From Octopus sinensis (taxonomy: Eukaryota), in contig NC_043002.1 in NCBI RefSeq assembly GCF_006345805.1, positions 73,842,001 to 73,906,000 on the forward strand: a stretch of DNA of 64,000 bases, written 5' to 3'. The first letter of the stretch is position 1. Each line of letters starts with the position of its first letter. A program made the position numbers and the translations under genes. Positions 38,996-52,897 of this stretch are shown here, in pieces. The notes under the pieces were generated by a model that saw only the letters and a list, made by a program, of their open reading frames with translations, ran no database searches and was not told the origin of the DNA.

Positions 38996-39105
38996 TTGTG
39001 CACCGAGATTTATTGGAGGTTTACTCAACTCTGGAATGTCAACATGCTGGTCAGTTTGATATTGTTTTTGGAGTAATTTGTCAGTTTCTTCATCTGTATC
39101 AAAAT
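38996..39105 (-). CDS. APBA1: X11/Mint exon, 110 nt, phase 1-0 (FDTDEETDKLLQKQYQTDQHVDIPELSKPPINLGAQ)
   Basis: Acceptor catatttttccttag, donor CAA|GTGAGT; DTDEETDKLL resembles a motif I recall upstream of the PTB in invertebrate X11 proteins. Confidence 0.85.
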
Positions 39106-41201
39106 CTAAGGAAAAATATGAAATGTTAATGTCCAATAACAGTGAAAACCAGAACTAAAAGCTACTAAGTGCACAGAACTAAATTGATATAAAAGACATT
39201 GTTGATAATGCTGAAGTAGTTAGAAAAGCAATATCATATAATAATTTGAATCTTGACAATAGTAATGAGTCCCAATAGTAATCTTTAAAAAAAAAATCAC
39301 ACATAATTAATTGAACATCAAAAAAAAATCACAAGCACAGGTGTAACAAAAAAATGCCATGTCAAGGAAGATTTCAACAAATTACAAACATACATTACAC
39401 ACACACACACACACACACACAAACAAGCATTCATTTGATTCAATACAAAGTGATTTAATCAATATTTTACACTTATTTTTATCACTGACAATTTCAATTC
39501 AAGCTGAAATCATCCTGTCAATGATAGATTTGCTTCAGCTAAACAATTGTTCCAGTATAGAGCAGCAACAAACTTCATTTTTATCATGGAATTGACAAAA
39601 AAAAAACTTTTGCAAATAATGTAGCCCTAAAGGGTTGTGCAGTATCAGATCAAATAAGCAGATTCACAATAAACCACCATTCTTTAGAGCAAGATACCAA
39701 GTACAGAGCCAATAAATTAATCAATAGACATTTGAGTTCTACACAGCTGCTTGACCTTAATGTAGTAGTCAAATCTCTGCCAATAAACTCTCAAACATCA
39801 ACTAAATAAATTAAGTCCTTAATCTTAAAGACAAAGAAAAAGATGGTTATGAAAATGAGTGACAAATTTTCACCCGATATAACATATTATATTTGCAAAA
39901 CCAAAGCACTGAATATGAGCCTTGTTTCTAACGATTTGATGAGCTACCACCACATGGATCAGCTCAAGAAGATCTAAGCATACTCAACAACAGGTAGTAT
40001 AAATGAAGGCAGCATCAGGCTTTACTTTGAATGATCATTACTTATAGCTACTTAGAAAAAATAAGTTATATTTTGTTTTATTAACAAGAAACTCAGTCTC
40101 ACTATAAACAACATCATAGCTCAATATCAAAAATGTGATTTTGTGTAACTATAAAACCTAGAAACTTTAAAACATAAAGCTATAAATATACATGCAGAAT
40201 TTGAATTGTAAATCTAGGGAATATACTACCATATAACTGAGAAATTAATGTTAATTAAAAATATCAACTGTTGATTGCAAAAAAGAAAACTGAAGTTATA
40301 TGTATCTGTAATAAAAACTGTTTAAAGATAGCTAAATTTAAACCATTATAAATGGAAATTAAATCCATATTAAACTTGGCCTGTTTTCATTAATTTTGAG
40401 ATAATACTCTTTTACTGGTAATACAGCCAGTTATCTATGACCATGCTTAAATAGAATTGAGTTTTAAATAACTAACAATTTTTATTTAACATATGCCAAG
40501 TATGTAAGCCAGTTAACAAAAAGAAATTAAAATACTGAGTTCTGAAAACAAAAATAGTCCTCCAACAACAAAGAATACCTACAATAAACATAAAAACATT
40601 ATTGTATAACTGTAGAATATATAATTTATATTGTCTTAATTATAGATACTAATAATAATAAGACGAAGATTCAAGATAGAGATGTTAAAGAAAACAGATT
40701 ATAAAATGTTTGTTTGTAACTCCAGGGAAGTAAAAGAAATAATCAAATTTAAAAAATGTCAGGTAAGAAATATAAAAGTAATAAAAATGCCTAATGTTGA
40801 CATTAGTAATAAAAAGGTTTACACAATTCACAAAACTAATGTCATCACAGTAGCTCAACTTAAATATTCTGAACATATGTCTTAAGAATACACACACACA
40901 TGGAACAAAAAAAAAAAAAAATAAAGAAAGAAATTGCATGAGTGTGCACATCACAAAACAGGAAATAAGTTGTTATTAATTGATTCATTTATTCAGGACA
41001 AGATTTCATATAATCCAATGTTTTCAAATCTGATCAATAACAATATCTTTTGACTGCATACAGAGCCAGAATTTTTTAGGAGCACATGTAACCAACAGAC
41101 TTTAAATATGTACCAGCAAATAGTTGTACAAACTAAGAAAGACAAAGATAAATTCAGCTTTCTATGAATTTAAACTCAGAAAATTAACACACAAAGTTTA
41201 A

Positions 41202-41328
41202 CCTTTAACATATTTAGGTGCATCATGTCACTGTATGAGTTTTCTCTTACATAGCTGCAGGCACATTGTCACATTGAAAGGGGAGAAAACTCATACAGCA
41301 ACATGATGCACCAACAGCATGCTAAAAG
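41202..41328. mobile_element. TTAA-flanked hairpin MITE (piggyBac-like)
   Basis: TTAA at 41198 and 41329; internal 30-bp inverted repeat 41217-41246 / 41283-41312 (28/30). Confidence 0.65.
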
Positions 41329-42965
41329 TTAATACAATATAATGGGCCACATCTAGCTCTCTACTACCCTTGGAAAGGAACCAATGAGAACACTGATATG
41401 ACCATGATCTTTTCAAGAAATATAAAAAGTATTAATATTCTAATATGGATTTAAATCTATTTTGATGTGTTCCTATGACCAGCAAAATGCCATTTACATT
41501 ATGCAAAGATCAAAACCTTTTAGAGATCATATTTTTATAATGAACAAATTTGGAGGGAGTCAGTAAAGTAGTTAGCTTTTTTATTAATTGTTCTATTAAA
41601 CCAATTAGAAGTATAACTAACAGGAGGTTCTTACTTAAAATTATCATCATCCAAGGTATTTAACTAAGAACATTTTAAAACGAAATTTTTTATCTTGAAC
41701 CAGAAGTAGTCTTAAATGGAGTGATATCAAAGGGTTTTAAAAGAGCTCTAAGTACATAAAGGTAACCTAAGAAAAGGCTCAATTGAGAATTCATATAAAT
41801 AAAAAAAAATTACAACTGTCTTTGAAAAAGAAAGCCATCACTGAAAAGCAAAAGTGTACAATATAAGATAAAGAGAATTTATTAATGCACTCAGAATACA
41901 GACATCTATAAAAGTGGGCTATAGAATCTATTATATGAGAGCAGACTCCAGAATTTATTATAACCTAAAATAAATGATCAAATCAATATTGTAAAAACCA
42001 CATTAAATAATGCTCTCTTTAGATAGTTGAAAAGTAATTTCCTATCAAATTATGGTGTTTAATACCAAATCCACTTGAACACAAAGATATTTAATAAAAA
42101 ATTTCTAAAGTAATCAAGCTCTCTATAAACTTGTTAAATTAGGGCAACCAACAGTATCTAAGGCTGCTTTTATGAAGTGTAAAATGCTTTGAACTAGCAA
42201 CAACCTTGACTTGAACATCTCTTTATCACCATGGTATCATTTGTACACTACGATGAGAAAATGAAAATATGGGATACACAGTAGTTCATTTGGATCCTAT
42301 CCTTTAAGATACATAACTTCAGATAAGTTAAAAGAATTTGAAAAGCACTATGCTATAATCATGCATGATATAAAATGTATAAATTTTATTTTAGAATGTG
42401 TAAAACTTATAAACTGTCAACAAGAATTTGTGCACTAACAAGGGCAGCTTCTTTGGTACTGTAAATTAAATATAAAAGATATATAAAACTACTATTATTG
42501 TTGTTGTTTCTTCCTTTTTTTCTTCATGGTGGCCTTTTTTTTAAAAATAATTTATAAGATATTTTAAATAATTTACAAATAACATTTTTTTTTTACAATT
42601 ATTCAATAAACTTAACTTTCATAGATATATAGGCTAAATTTAGTTTGAAATATCAGTATAGCTAAACACTTTCCATTTTTTCAAATGTGTGTAGTTTTAG
42701 CAAAAGTGGGACAATTTCAGTCATCTATTCAATCTATTCTTAAATAGAAATTTAAGAAGTAGACCAAAAAGACCACATTTTAAGATAATATAGATGTTCA
42801 CTAGAGACAAAATTTCATAGTGATAAAACAGATGAAATCCTAACAGTTACTACTCAATATTTTAACTTTACATTAATGTCTCAACCGTTAAAATATGCTA
42901 ACTTTATTTCCTTCCACAATTCAATTTCTTTTGAAATATTATCAATTTTCAAGTACAAGCTGATG

Positions 42966-42968
<3 letters not shown>

Positions 42969-43019
<51 letters not shown>
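42969..43019. repeat. Interrupted (TA)n microsatellite
   Basis: Direct reading. Confidence 0.9.
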
Positions 43020-45152
43020 TTCATTAATTTCAAATGTTTTAATGTTCATTACACAATACTAATTAAACTTATCTTATTAATGTTATTAATTGCATCTTGT
43101 AGTGTTAACAGTTAGGTTTCATTGAATATATGTCTTCCAGAATGGTTGTATTGACTGACTTTTGATGTAGAAAAATGCTAACAATGAAGACCTGAGAACT
43201 GGAACATAGTTGACTTTAAGAGTCCTCATTGTTGGCCTGCTTCTTTCTTACAACATCTGAAGACTTCTTCTTTGCAGTTACATTTAAGGAAAGTCAGTTC
43301 AACATGGTATTTTCCTCTTCCAAAGTGCAGACAATGGGATGCATCAACAGACCACAAAAAATGTCAAAGGTTTTGAATGTTTACTTTAGTGGTCCTTGTA
43401 TCATTGCCTCTTACAAGATACTTTACTTCTTGCAGTTTGTAAGGCAGATCCCAGCAGTTATCACACCTAAAACAACTCAAACAAGCTTTTCAATAATTTT
43501 TTTTTCAATTTTACTTAACAGTGATAAAGTAAAATTAAACAAATTTGATAAAATACAGCAAATATTTTTTCAACTTAAAATGTGTTATGTGTATATCAAA
43601 AATGGGAGGGAATGAAAAAGGGAAGCAAAATAGGAGAATCTTATTTTTTAAATAAACATTTCATAAAAGAATTATTATTATAAGAAAATCTTTAGAAAAA
43701 CCTTTATTTAAAGTTTCATTTTGATAGAATTTTTTCTGTGGAAGGAAATAATGGGAAAAGTGCAGTTTAAACTTCAAAGGTGCAATGAATGAATAGGTTT
43801 GTTAATTTATATCCATGCTTATAGGATGTGAATAAGTATAAACAAAAAATTACATCAGTTACATATCATTTTAGAATATATTCATAAAATTTTAATATTC
43901 ATAACTGTTGAAATGATGTATGTTTTGTGCATTAAAGAAAATATTTCCTATTTTCTTTGATCATGCATATCTCATTCAAATTGAAAAATGATAATCTTAT
44001 AAAATTAGATTCCTTATCCACATAAGTTGTGAGCTTTATACTAAGGAATTATCTTCAATAGCAAACTATTTAAAAACAAGATTGAAGAATTCAGTTTGAG
44101 CAAAAGTAAAAAAATAACAATTTTGTTTCCACTCTTTTCTTCCCTTTAGTTTTTTTGTTTTTTTCAAAGCCCATATTAGAACAAAAATTAATTATTCATT
44201 TAGAGAAAAGCACAAAAGAGGGTTCAAGAGTGAAATGCTAAGAGGTAAGAAAACTTTTAATCGGAGGAATTAGTTACAAGCGGGAGTATGCCAATAATAT
44301 GAAACTAAAGAAGTAGCCAATAGTTATAGATTTAAGACAATTAATGAAGCTTCACAATAAAACTGTTAAAGAACTTCATTAATATGCAGAAATCATTATC
44401 AAAATTTCAGAAATCAAATGAGACAGAGTGATGTGTGAAAAAACACAGACAATAATTTTAGAGAAATGTCAAGCATAACAAAGAAGTTGAGAGTGAAAAG
44501 ACTACTATTACGTGAAAAAGTTTGTCATGTGGTTTAATCCACTGGACAGTCATTAAGGAAATTAGAAGTTTGAATATGTTAGTATTTTAGTTTTAATTAT
44601 TTATTATTTGGAACATTCATTAAGATTTCAGGGATAACAGTTAAACACTACTAGCATTATCAACAACAAGAAAGAAATGAACTTCTGTTACAAATTTATG
44701 CCAAAATATATATTTTTTCATTAAATGCATCTTAATCTACATTAAAAGTGTACCACAGATAATATGAGTGGGGATTATAGAAATATAAACTGCTTAATCA
44801 CAATTTGCAGCTTGTGAAATATAGATAAAGAAAGAAATAAGGCACTAAATGATTTCAATGAGTTTTCCAAAGGCCTCATATGATAAAAAGAAAGTTTTGT
44901 TTGTAACTGAATAAGAAGAAAACACCTTATCTGTAAGCATTCCACTTACATAAATTTATCTATTTCAATAAAACAGCTGTTTATTATTTAAAAGCCAGAG
45001 TAAGCGTAACTCAAAAGATGTAAGAAGCAAATGTAGTAGTGTTGACATAAGAAAGGAAAAAGGAGAGGACTGAGAGGTAGAACAGAAACAGTGGTAGCCT
45101 CCACCTGAAAAAAGAAATTAGGGCACTAAATCTATTTGTGTTGACCACTCAC

Positions 45153-45227
45153 TGGTAGCAGGGCAGCGGAATTGCACGGGCGAATCGCCATCTTCATCAT
45201 CATAGTCTGTACTGCTTATTGAATTTA
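45153..45227 (-). CDS. APBA1: X11/Mint exon, 75 nt, phase 1-1 (NSISSTDYDDEDGDSPVQFRCPAT)
   Basis: Acceptor ttattctctttctccag, donor CCA|GTGAGT; CpG-containing GC-rich island in AT-rich intron; open frame. Confidence 0.8.
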
Positions 45228-48200
45228 CTGGAGAAAGAGAATAACATAGCAAATATAAGCCAGATGGCATATTATAAGAACAAAAGATGTCTGGAAATAA
45301 TAGAGAAGAAACAGAATTTTAAAGTAGATGAATTATTAGGGAAAAGCTTCAAATAGATGAAAGTAAGAGTAAAGGCTTTAGCTTGACACAGGAATGAAAA
45401 GATGAGGTAAAAGAAAAAGAGAAAGTTAAGTGGAAAGAAAAAAAAGGATTAAAATGATAAAAGTTGGCTTTATATATATACAATTTAAAGCTGTTATCTA
45501 TCTGTTTTTAAAATGTCTTGAACACTAATCTGAAATTTCTTAGATTTGAAAAGAAAAGATTTGTAAAATGTATGTGCACATTTGAGAATGGGAGAGTACA
45601 CAACTGTATTATGTGTGGGAACATTTTAGGTGAAAGGAACTGATCTTTTAAGATGCCTAACTACTAAACCAAAAGTCTGGTGTTCAAGCTCTCCAATGAA
45701 TATGCTCACTAAGTAGATGTGGTACCTGAATAGTATTGTGAAGGTTGAGTGGGTGTTGAAGTAGTTAACATGTTTTTTCCATGCTAGCATGTTTAGAATA
45801 GTTTATTTGTTGATGCAACTGTTTTTGTAGCTAGATGTCCTTTCTTATTCTAAGGAAGAAGAAATGGAATCTGGATAGTGTTACATGGCAAGTTCAGAGG
45901 TACAACTCAAAGCTTAAGCTTGTGGCTGTAGGATTGAGTTATTAAGAAAATCAACATTAAAAATGAATGTGTGTAAGAGCAGAAATGACAGGTTTTATCT
46001 ATTTCTCTCTCCCCCCTTTTTTTTTTATTTTCAGTAGGTGCAAGCAGGTTTGTTTTAATACAGAGTTCATGTTATGAACATGTATTTTCAGGTTCTGTAG
46101 CTGTATCTTGAAAAGACAAGTGGTATAAAAATCTTTTATTTATAAAAAACAGTTAAGGGTTGGTAACAGGAAGAGCATCTGGCCTGAAAATACTACATCC
46201 AATAAATCTTCATCCACACCATGCCAGCATGGAAGAGTAAAGATTAAAATGAATGAAAAATAGAAAAATGATTTCATTAATTTCAAAGGTTGGTTTGAAA
46301 TTGGAGCTATAGTTAAAATTCAGCCTCTAGTTTAGAGATTTGAACTCTTGGACTATAGGCTGATAATCCACTAAAATATCCACTCTACCAGTTCACACAC
46401 ACATTTGTTTGTTTCCTCATTAAAAATGCATTACCCAAAATGATGCACTGATAACCAACCAAAAAATGGGCTTTAACTGCTCCATTCCCTTCCCATCCTA
46501 TCAGCAAGTTACTTATAGTCTACTAAGTTCTTCACCAATCACAATTTCCCCCCCCCCCCCAAATGACAGCTCACTGGAATTCCCCAACCATCCATATTTT
46601 TCATGCAGACATCATATTGCAGATGTTGAAATGAAACATAAAACATCAACCTCACAAGTTTTGCGCCAGAAAAGATTATGGGTACAGTTCCTTCCTCCTA
46701 ACTAAACTGGAAAAAAAATAAAGAATTTAAAAATCAACTTTACTGTAAACACCAACCAGACATGCAAGTGAGTGTATTTGTATTATAACACCAGTTATAT
46801 TCTGTAATAATTTGATACAGCTACAATTATTTCCCTTTGCAGTAAGCAAGAATTAATGAATATTTTATATTTCTCATTACAGTATATTGTTTCTAGATTT
46901 TATATCTTTAAATGCTGATTCTTAGCAACATGCTTTCTCAGCAGCTTCTGCAGCATGTAAAATGCTTCCACAGAAAAACAGATGCATAAAGCCTTGAATT
47001 TTTCCACTGTATTCATTCACTAGCATGAAATAAACACATACACACACACAATAAATAAATAAATAAATAAATAATAACTGAAAACTTATTTCTGTGAACA
47101 TCTTATATGGCCTAATACCATATAACAGGACAAACAGAACATCTCTACTCAGGAGAAGAAAAAAAAGAAAAAATTTACAGTTTTGAAGTTTCACCTTTGC
47201 TAAACTTAATCAAAGGAAGGATTTTGAAAAACTGCATATATGTCTTTCTTTTGTTATCAGAATTCAATAACACAGGAATACTCTCACCAGAAAACAAATA
47301 AAGCTTAAATGATAGAGCAAATATAGAAAAAGAAGTAAAAAGCATGTGGCACTAATGGATAAGATTTCCATTGTAGTCAAAGAACTACAGTGAGGACTAA
47401 TAAAAATCAAGGAGGCAGGATATGAAGTTTTGAAAAATCTGGTTAGTAAACCTAACACAGTCTTGCCTTTACTGAAATAAGTTTAAATATCATAAAAATA
47501 TGAGTGATAGAGTGTATAGAAATCTTGAAATTGGCAACAGAATATGATGAGTTCAGTGTTAAAATTATGGTTTCCAGGAAAGACAATAAAATACCAATAT
47601 TCTAAATAACAATTAGTTATCTTCTATAATTAAACATCCATTAATTTTTTTTTTAATTACAAAAAGTCACTGTTGATTTAAGAAAAATAAGAACAAAACT
47701 CCAAGATTTTAAAATATTCTCTGTTGGAATTTGGGTTTTGAAGTATATGCAGAAATTTCAGATTATATCACCAGCAAATGAAAACAGACTAAGATGGTTA
47801 AGGCATTCTGCCAAAAATATAAAATATTGAAGCATAAAGAATTTAAGAGGATCATGAACTAAAAATACTTGAAAAATCAGATTTCACATCAAGACAAAAC
47901 TTAGAATGCTAGTTCAGATGTTAGAAGCTAAAATATAAGGAAACTACTGCACTGCTGACCTTGCCAACATATACCAGCACTGAAAAACCACTAGTGATGG
48001 ATAGGATGAGATTGATGACCATCTTCATTATCAGGATAATGATTTTGTTAATTACAATAGTGATGATGATGATGATGATGATAAATGATGATGATGAATA
48101 ATGTTGAAGATGAGGCATAAAACAATATGAATGTTGATTTCTTTGCACTATCATTAAGTTTATATGCTGTGCACGAAATCTGAAGTAGTAGGCATAACTC

Positions 48201-49479
48201 TTTTGATGCCTGAGTATTCTGAATGTATTTTGGGGATATAGCTGTTGCTTAAATGCAGGTCAACCTTGATTAAGTAAATCTATGATCTAAGGCATTTCAG
48301 CTGTGATCATCTTTTTTTGTATCTAGGGCTGCATTGTCTAAAGTGCCCTTTCATTTTTAAGATGGTAAAATATGACACAAGGGAATGTGCCTGCTATTTT
48401 ATATAACTGGAGCACCCATATAGCAGTTCCTTCATTGGACTGTAATGTAGAATGTTATGTAGAGATATATTTAGATAGGAAAGGATATGTAAATGTTAGA
48501 GAAGATAAGTAAATTTGACAACATCCAATGTGTGCTCTTTGCTGAGGTGTGTTCTTTTACAATGCATTTTGTTGTTAGAACACCAGGCCTATCATCATTA
48601 TCATCACTGAATGAGTCATCATAGTTTGTGTCAAAACATTATTTGGAGAACTGAATCAGAGGAACATAATCTTACTCATTTCTCCATTTGTGGATGGTTT
48701 TCAACAGCTGGATGCCCTACTTAACACTAACCACTTTACAAAGTGTATACAGGCTGCATTTTATTTTGGCATAAGCACTACAGAGGTCCAAGTCCTCAAC
48801 ACAGCGAAAGAATCCAATCTACTTTATGTTGTCTCCACTCAATTTCCAACTTATTACAGGATTTACTGGATGCACTTATCTCAGTACAAACACTAAAGTG
48901 GTTGCTCTATTCGCTAAAAGACTAGTTTCCCTACTCTACATAGTCTCTGTTCTTTCAAAGCAAACACAAGAATGGACAGAAGGGGAAAAGAACAGAGAAT
49001 ATGAGTATAACTGAGAGAGAGCACAAGAGGAAGGATTGGGAGGGAGGGCAACAGTGATGGAATGGCAGTGGAAAGGGACTTATAGGGACAGTTATATCTG
49101 GTTATTGGCAAGAGTTTGAATAGAAAATTCCATGATGAATCTCATGGGATAGCAATAAAGATGATGGTTAGAGATAGAGGGAGATGGTATGTTACAATGG
49201 CCATTACAATGCCATCCTTCATTACACAGGTGTCATGATGGAAGAAAAGTAGAGAACTAGAAGGATGATATTGGAAGAGAGAGGGATAATAAGAATGGAT
49301 GATGGTGGATAGATAAAGCAAATGCCATTCTTTGTTACACAGGAATCAGGCTACAGCAAATAGGATAGAGGGTAACAAATAGGGCTGTACATGGAAACTT
49401 AAGAACATAATGGGTGAGAGAATAAAATATACATCTCAAGCTCTATCACCACCATCATTATTTTAATGATTATTTTGCC

Positions 49480-49700
49480 ATGCTTGCACCAGTGAGTGGA
49501 TCTTCTCCATATGTCACCAATCATCACAGACCAATCACCACATTTCCATTATAATTTCTTTGTCATCCTATATCTTCCTCTACTACAGACTTCACCCATT
49601 TCACACACTTGACACTTCTTTACTCAACTCTCATTCACCATGCTTGTATCAGTGCCAAGTTCTCTCTTGCACAAGGCATACATTAACTATTTTAAACATT
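49480..49700 (-). mobile_element. Old RTE ORF fragment
   Basis: Minus strand gtgcaagagaga...atggtgaatgagagt...gaagtgtca resembles the VQER..WY.H..RM..VKKC region of the 20107 ORF. Confidence 0.5.
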
Positions 49701-51674
49701 TTAGACATGTTCAGAGTTGTTAGGATAGTTGTTTGGGGCCTAAAGAAGAATGTTTTCATGGCATATGGTGATACAGGAAAGTATTTCTGAAGATATACTT
49801 TCGATGGGTTTCTTTTTATGCTTAAGAATATATATATATTTCTCTAGTATCCTTGTTATCCTTAGTATATGTGATGGGCTGTTATGATGGTCCCAAGTTC
49901 ATATTATTTAGCATTAAAATGTGCAGTATAGTAAAGCTGGCATTTGTATACCAACAAAGTGTTTAATATTTGTAATAGCAGACGGAAGTAATGATGATAA
50001 TGATACATCATGTTAATAATAGTGATTATGGCTTTGGTGGTGGTGTTGATGATAAAGCTACCATCACAAATGATAATGAATGGTGGTGATGAATTGTGAT
50101 GATGAATCATGTGGGTGATCATGATGATTCTCAATTTTAAGAAAATTTCAGGCTATATTTATTGCTATGAACATTAACGTTTGATTTATTATCATTTCAC
50201 TTTCCAGATGTTACAAGTGTTTTTTTTTTTTACTATTATCAGTTTTTTTACATAAAAAAAAAGCTACAAGCAAACACAGATGATATATTGTCCATAGGAC
50301 AAATATTAGATTAACACATCATAATCGTTAATGTATTTCTAATTAAACTCAGAAATTTTCATCAAGCCATATTAATTAAAATCATTACATGAAAAACATT
50401 AATTATAAATGTCTATATAAAAGAATAATTTTATACGAAATCACTTTAGGGAATTTACTATGATTTCATTCACATTTAGGAACTGAATATTTCAGCATAA
50501 ACCAACAGACTTACTGACTTGTACTATACTAAGTCACCTTGGTCTTTTAGTAATTAAAACGTTCCATGTGAAATATACTCTTAATGAATAATAATATTAT
50601 TGTTAGAAGGAATTTAAATCATTTTCAGAAGTTACTAAGCATGCAAAATATACAGTATAAACTCTCAGTCCAACAACACAACAAGCAATGAATGAATTAC
50701 AATGACATGTGGTAAAATCATGCAAAGCAGTTGTCTATAATTTTCAATAAACCTTTCACTTCAAATTCCTATTGACAAGTTGCCAAATCTGCAACATTTA
50801 AGTAGATGTAATCGAAATTATCAAACACTGGCTTATTTATAACATTAAGAATGTCTTAATTTATTCTGCAGTGAACTATTAATAAATAAAAAAAAATGCT
50901 TTATTTTATTTATTTGGCTATTTCTATAAATAAAGAAAGCTAAATGTTGCCAATAAGTAGTCTAATCAATAATAAGAGTACAACTAAGTATTTATCGTGT
51001 GTGTACTGAACAAATTAAATACACTATTTATGTATCTTTAGAATGAGACTATGATGTTTGAAGACTAGACTAGGAAATTAAAGCAGTTATCTTGTGAATT
51101 TTATAGATACAAAAACAGATTTGATAATATTGAAGGAAAGAGGCAGTGTTAATTTACAGTAATAAGTGCATTTATTAATTAAGTCTAAATTTTAAAAAAA
51201 TAATGAATATCAAATTGTTTTGTAAACAATTAGTTGCATGATTCACATTCAATAACCTTAATTTATTCTATTTCACTTCATAATTGTTCAAAATACCCAA
51301 GTATGATAAAATACATTGGTAACAATTTTACTATAAATGATAAACTAAATTTATGGGAGAATTGATTCCTTCTTATATCTAATCAAACTTTTCATGTGTT
51401 TTAAAAAACTGCTAAATAAAACTAACAGTGTAGTTTGATTAAATACATATTGAGTCTTCTATCTTTTCCACATCACATTCTTCTTAAAGACTTCATATTC
51501 TAACATGAAATTTCCAAACGCTTAAGCTGATGATCTATCTAAACTTATATAATTCATTGCAGTTTATTCAATAGATTAAAAAAAACCCTCCAAAATATAT
51601 AGCTTTTAAGAAGTTCATTAAATTAATGTTGCATATATTACATTAGTCATTATTTCTTTACAATTAAACTTCAC

Positions 51675-51677
<3 letters not shown>

Positions 51678-51725
<48 letters not shown>
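51678..51725. repeat. (TA)n microsatellite
   Basis: Direct reading. Confidence 0.95.
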
Positions 51726-51733
<8 letters not shown>

Positions 51734-52537
51734 TAAGTCAAGACTTCTGAAATATTTACATATACTAAAGAATGAATATATGGAGCATGAAAATAAAATA
51801 TAAAAGTTTTTAATGAGAAACGAACTGATTGAAGCACCCAAATTTTATCTCTGATTCTAAACAATATTTCCTTTCCTCCTCATCTGTTAATTACCTAAAA
51901 TATATTTTGATAAAATATTTCAGAAATGTAAGCAAATTGCAATTTGAAAATTTCATTGAAAAAAAATTTGAAAATATATCTGGGTAGTAAGTAAATGTAG
52001 TTGAATATTAGATGACATGAATATGAAATAAGCTATTTTATATTTGCATGAAAATTCTTAGAAGAATATTGTAAACATTAATGTTTATAAAAACTTGGCA
52101 ACTTGAGGTGCAAAAAAAAAAAAAAAAAAATTAAAGGTTAATGATCAAAATAATGATTGTAATCATTTTTAGATTTTGATGACTACAAAAAAAACAAAAA
52201 AAAAAACATGTGATTTCAAGACAAACATTTTTCTCATTTAACCTAAAATACATCACAAATACAACACTACAAAAAAAATGTTAGAGAAAGTAGGTTAAAA
52301 GCTATCATAAGCCAAAGAAATAATAGATAGAGATAAGTAACAAATTCTAGTTAAATATTTTTTAAAAGGACATTAGATATTAAAATTAATTAATTAAGAG
52401 AAAGGAATTATAACTTAAAACATTTTTTCTAAAATGATTATTAGCTATGACTGTAATATAAACAAGAATTAGTATCTAGAGATGTTTGAAGATAATAGGG
52501 TTGGGGGATGAAATTCTCCTTATATCTAAGTCAGTAC

Positions 52538-52897
52538 CTCCAGGAGTAGCTGTCTTGACATAGGCAGTTGTACTATTGGATGGAGAAACAACTTCATCAC
52601 TTCCACTTTCCTCAGATGAACCCTGTGATCCCGAGTAGTACTTGGTTGGGACAGACGTTCGCTGACATGCACTAGAATTAGGAGCACCATGTGCAGAGGC
52701 ATGCGAAACATCGTTATAAAACTGGTCTTTATCCTTGCTCAGTGACGACAGATCACTGGAGACTTTTTTGGAAACTGTGCGATAAACAGATTTCTCAATG
52801 CCTTCATCATTTGGAACCGACGCATATTTTCTCCCCTTGTTGCGCCGAACATAACACATATCTTCATTATCTTCATACTCATCATCGGTTTCATAAC
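52538..52897 (-). CDS. APBA1: X11/Mint exon, 360 nt, phase 1-1 (GYETDDEYEDNED...VKTATPG)
   Basis: Core of ORF 52476..52916; acceptor catttatttctag, donor GAG|GTACTG; higher GC than the flanks; low-complexity Ser/acidic sequence typical of a disordered N-terminus. Confidence 0.85.

Noticed and set aside
43229-43615. 128-aa plus-strand ORF in a slightly GC-richer patch
   Set aside because: No recognisable motif or splice frame; probably a decayed repeat that I could not classify.
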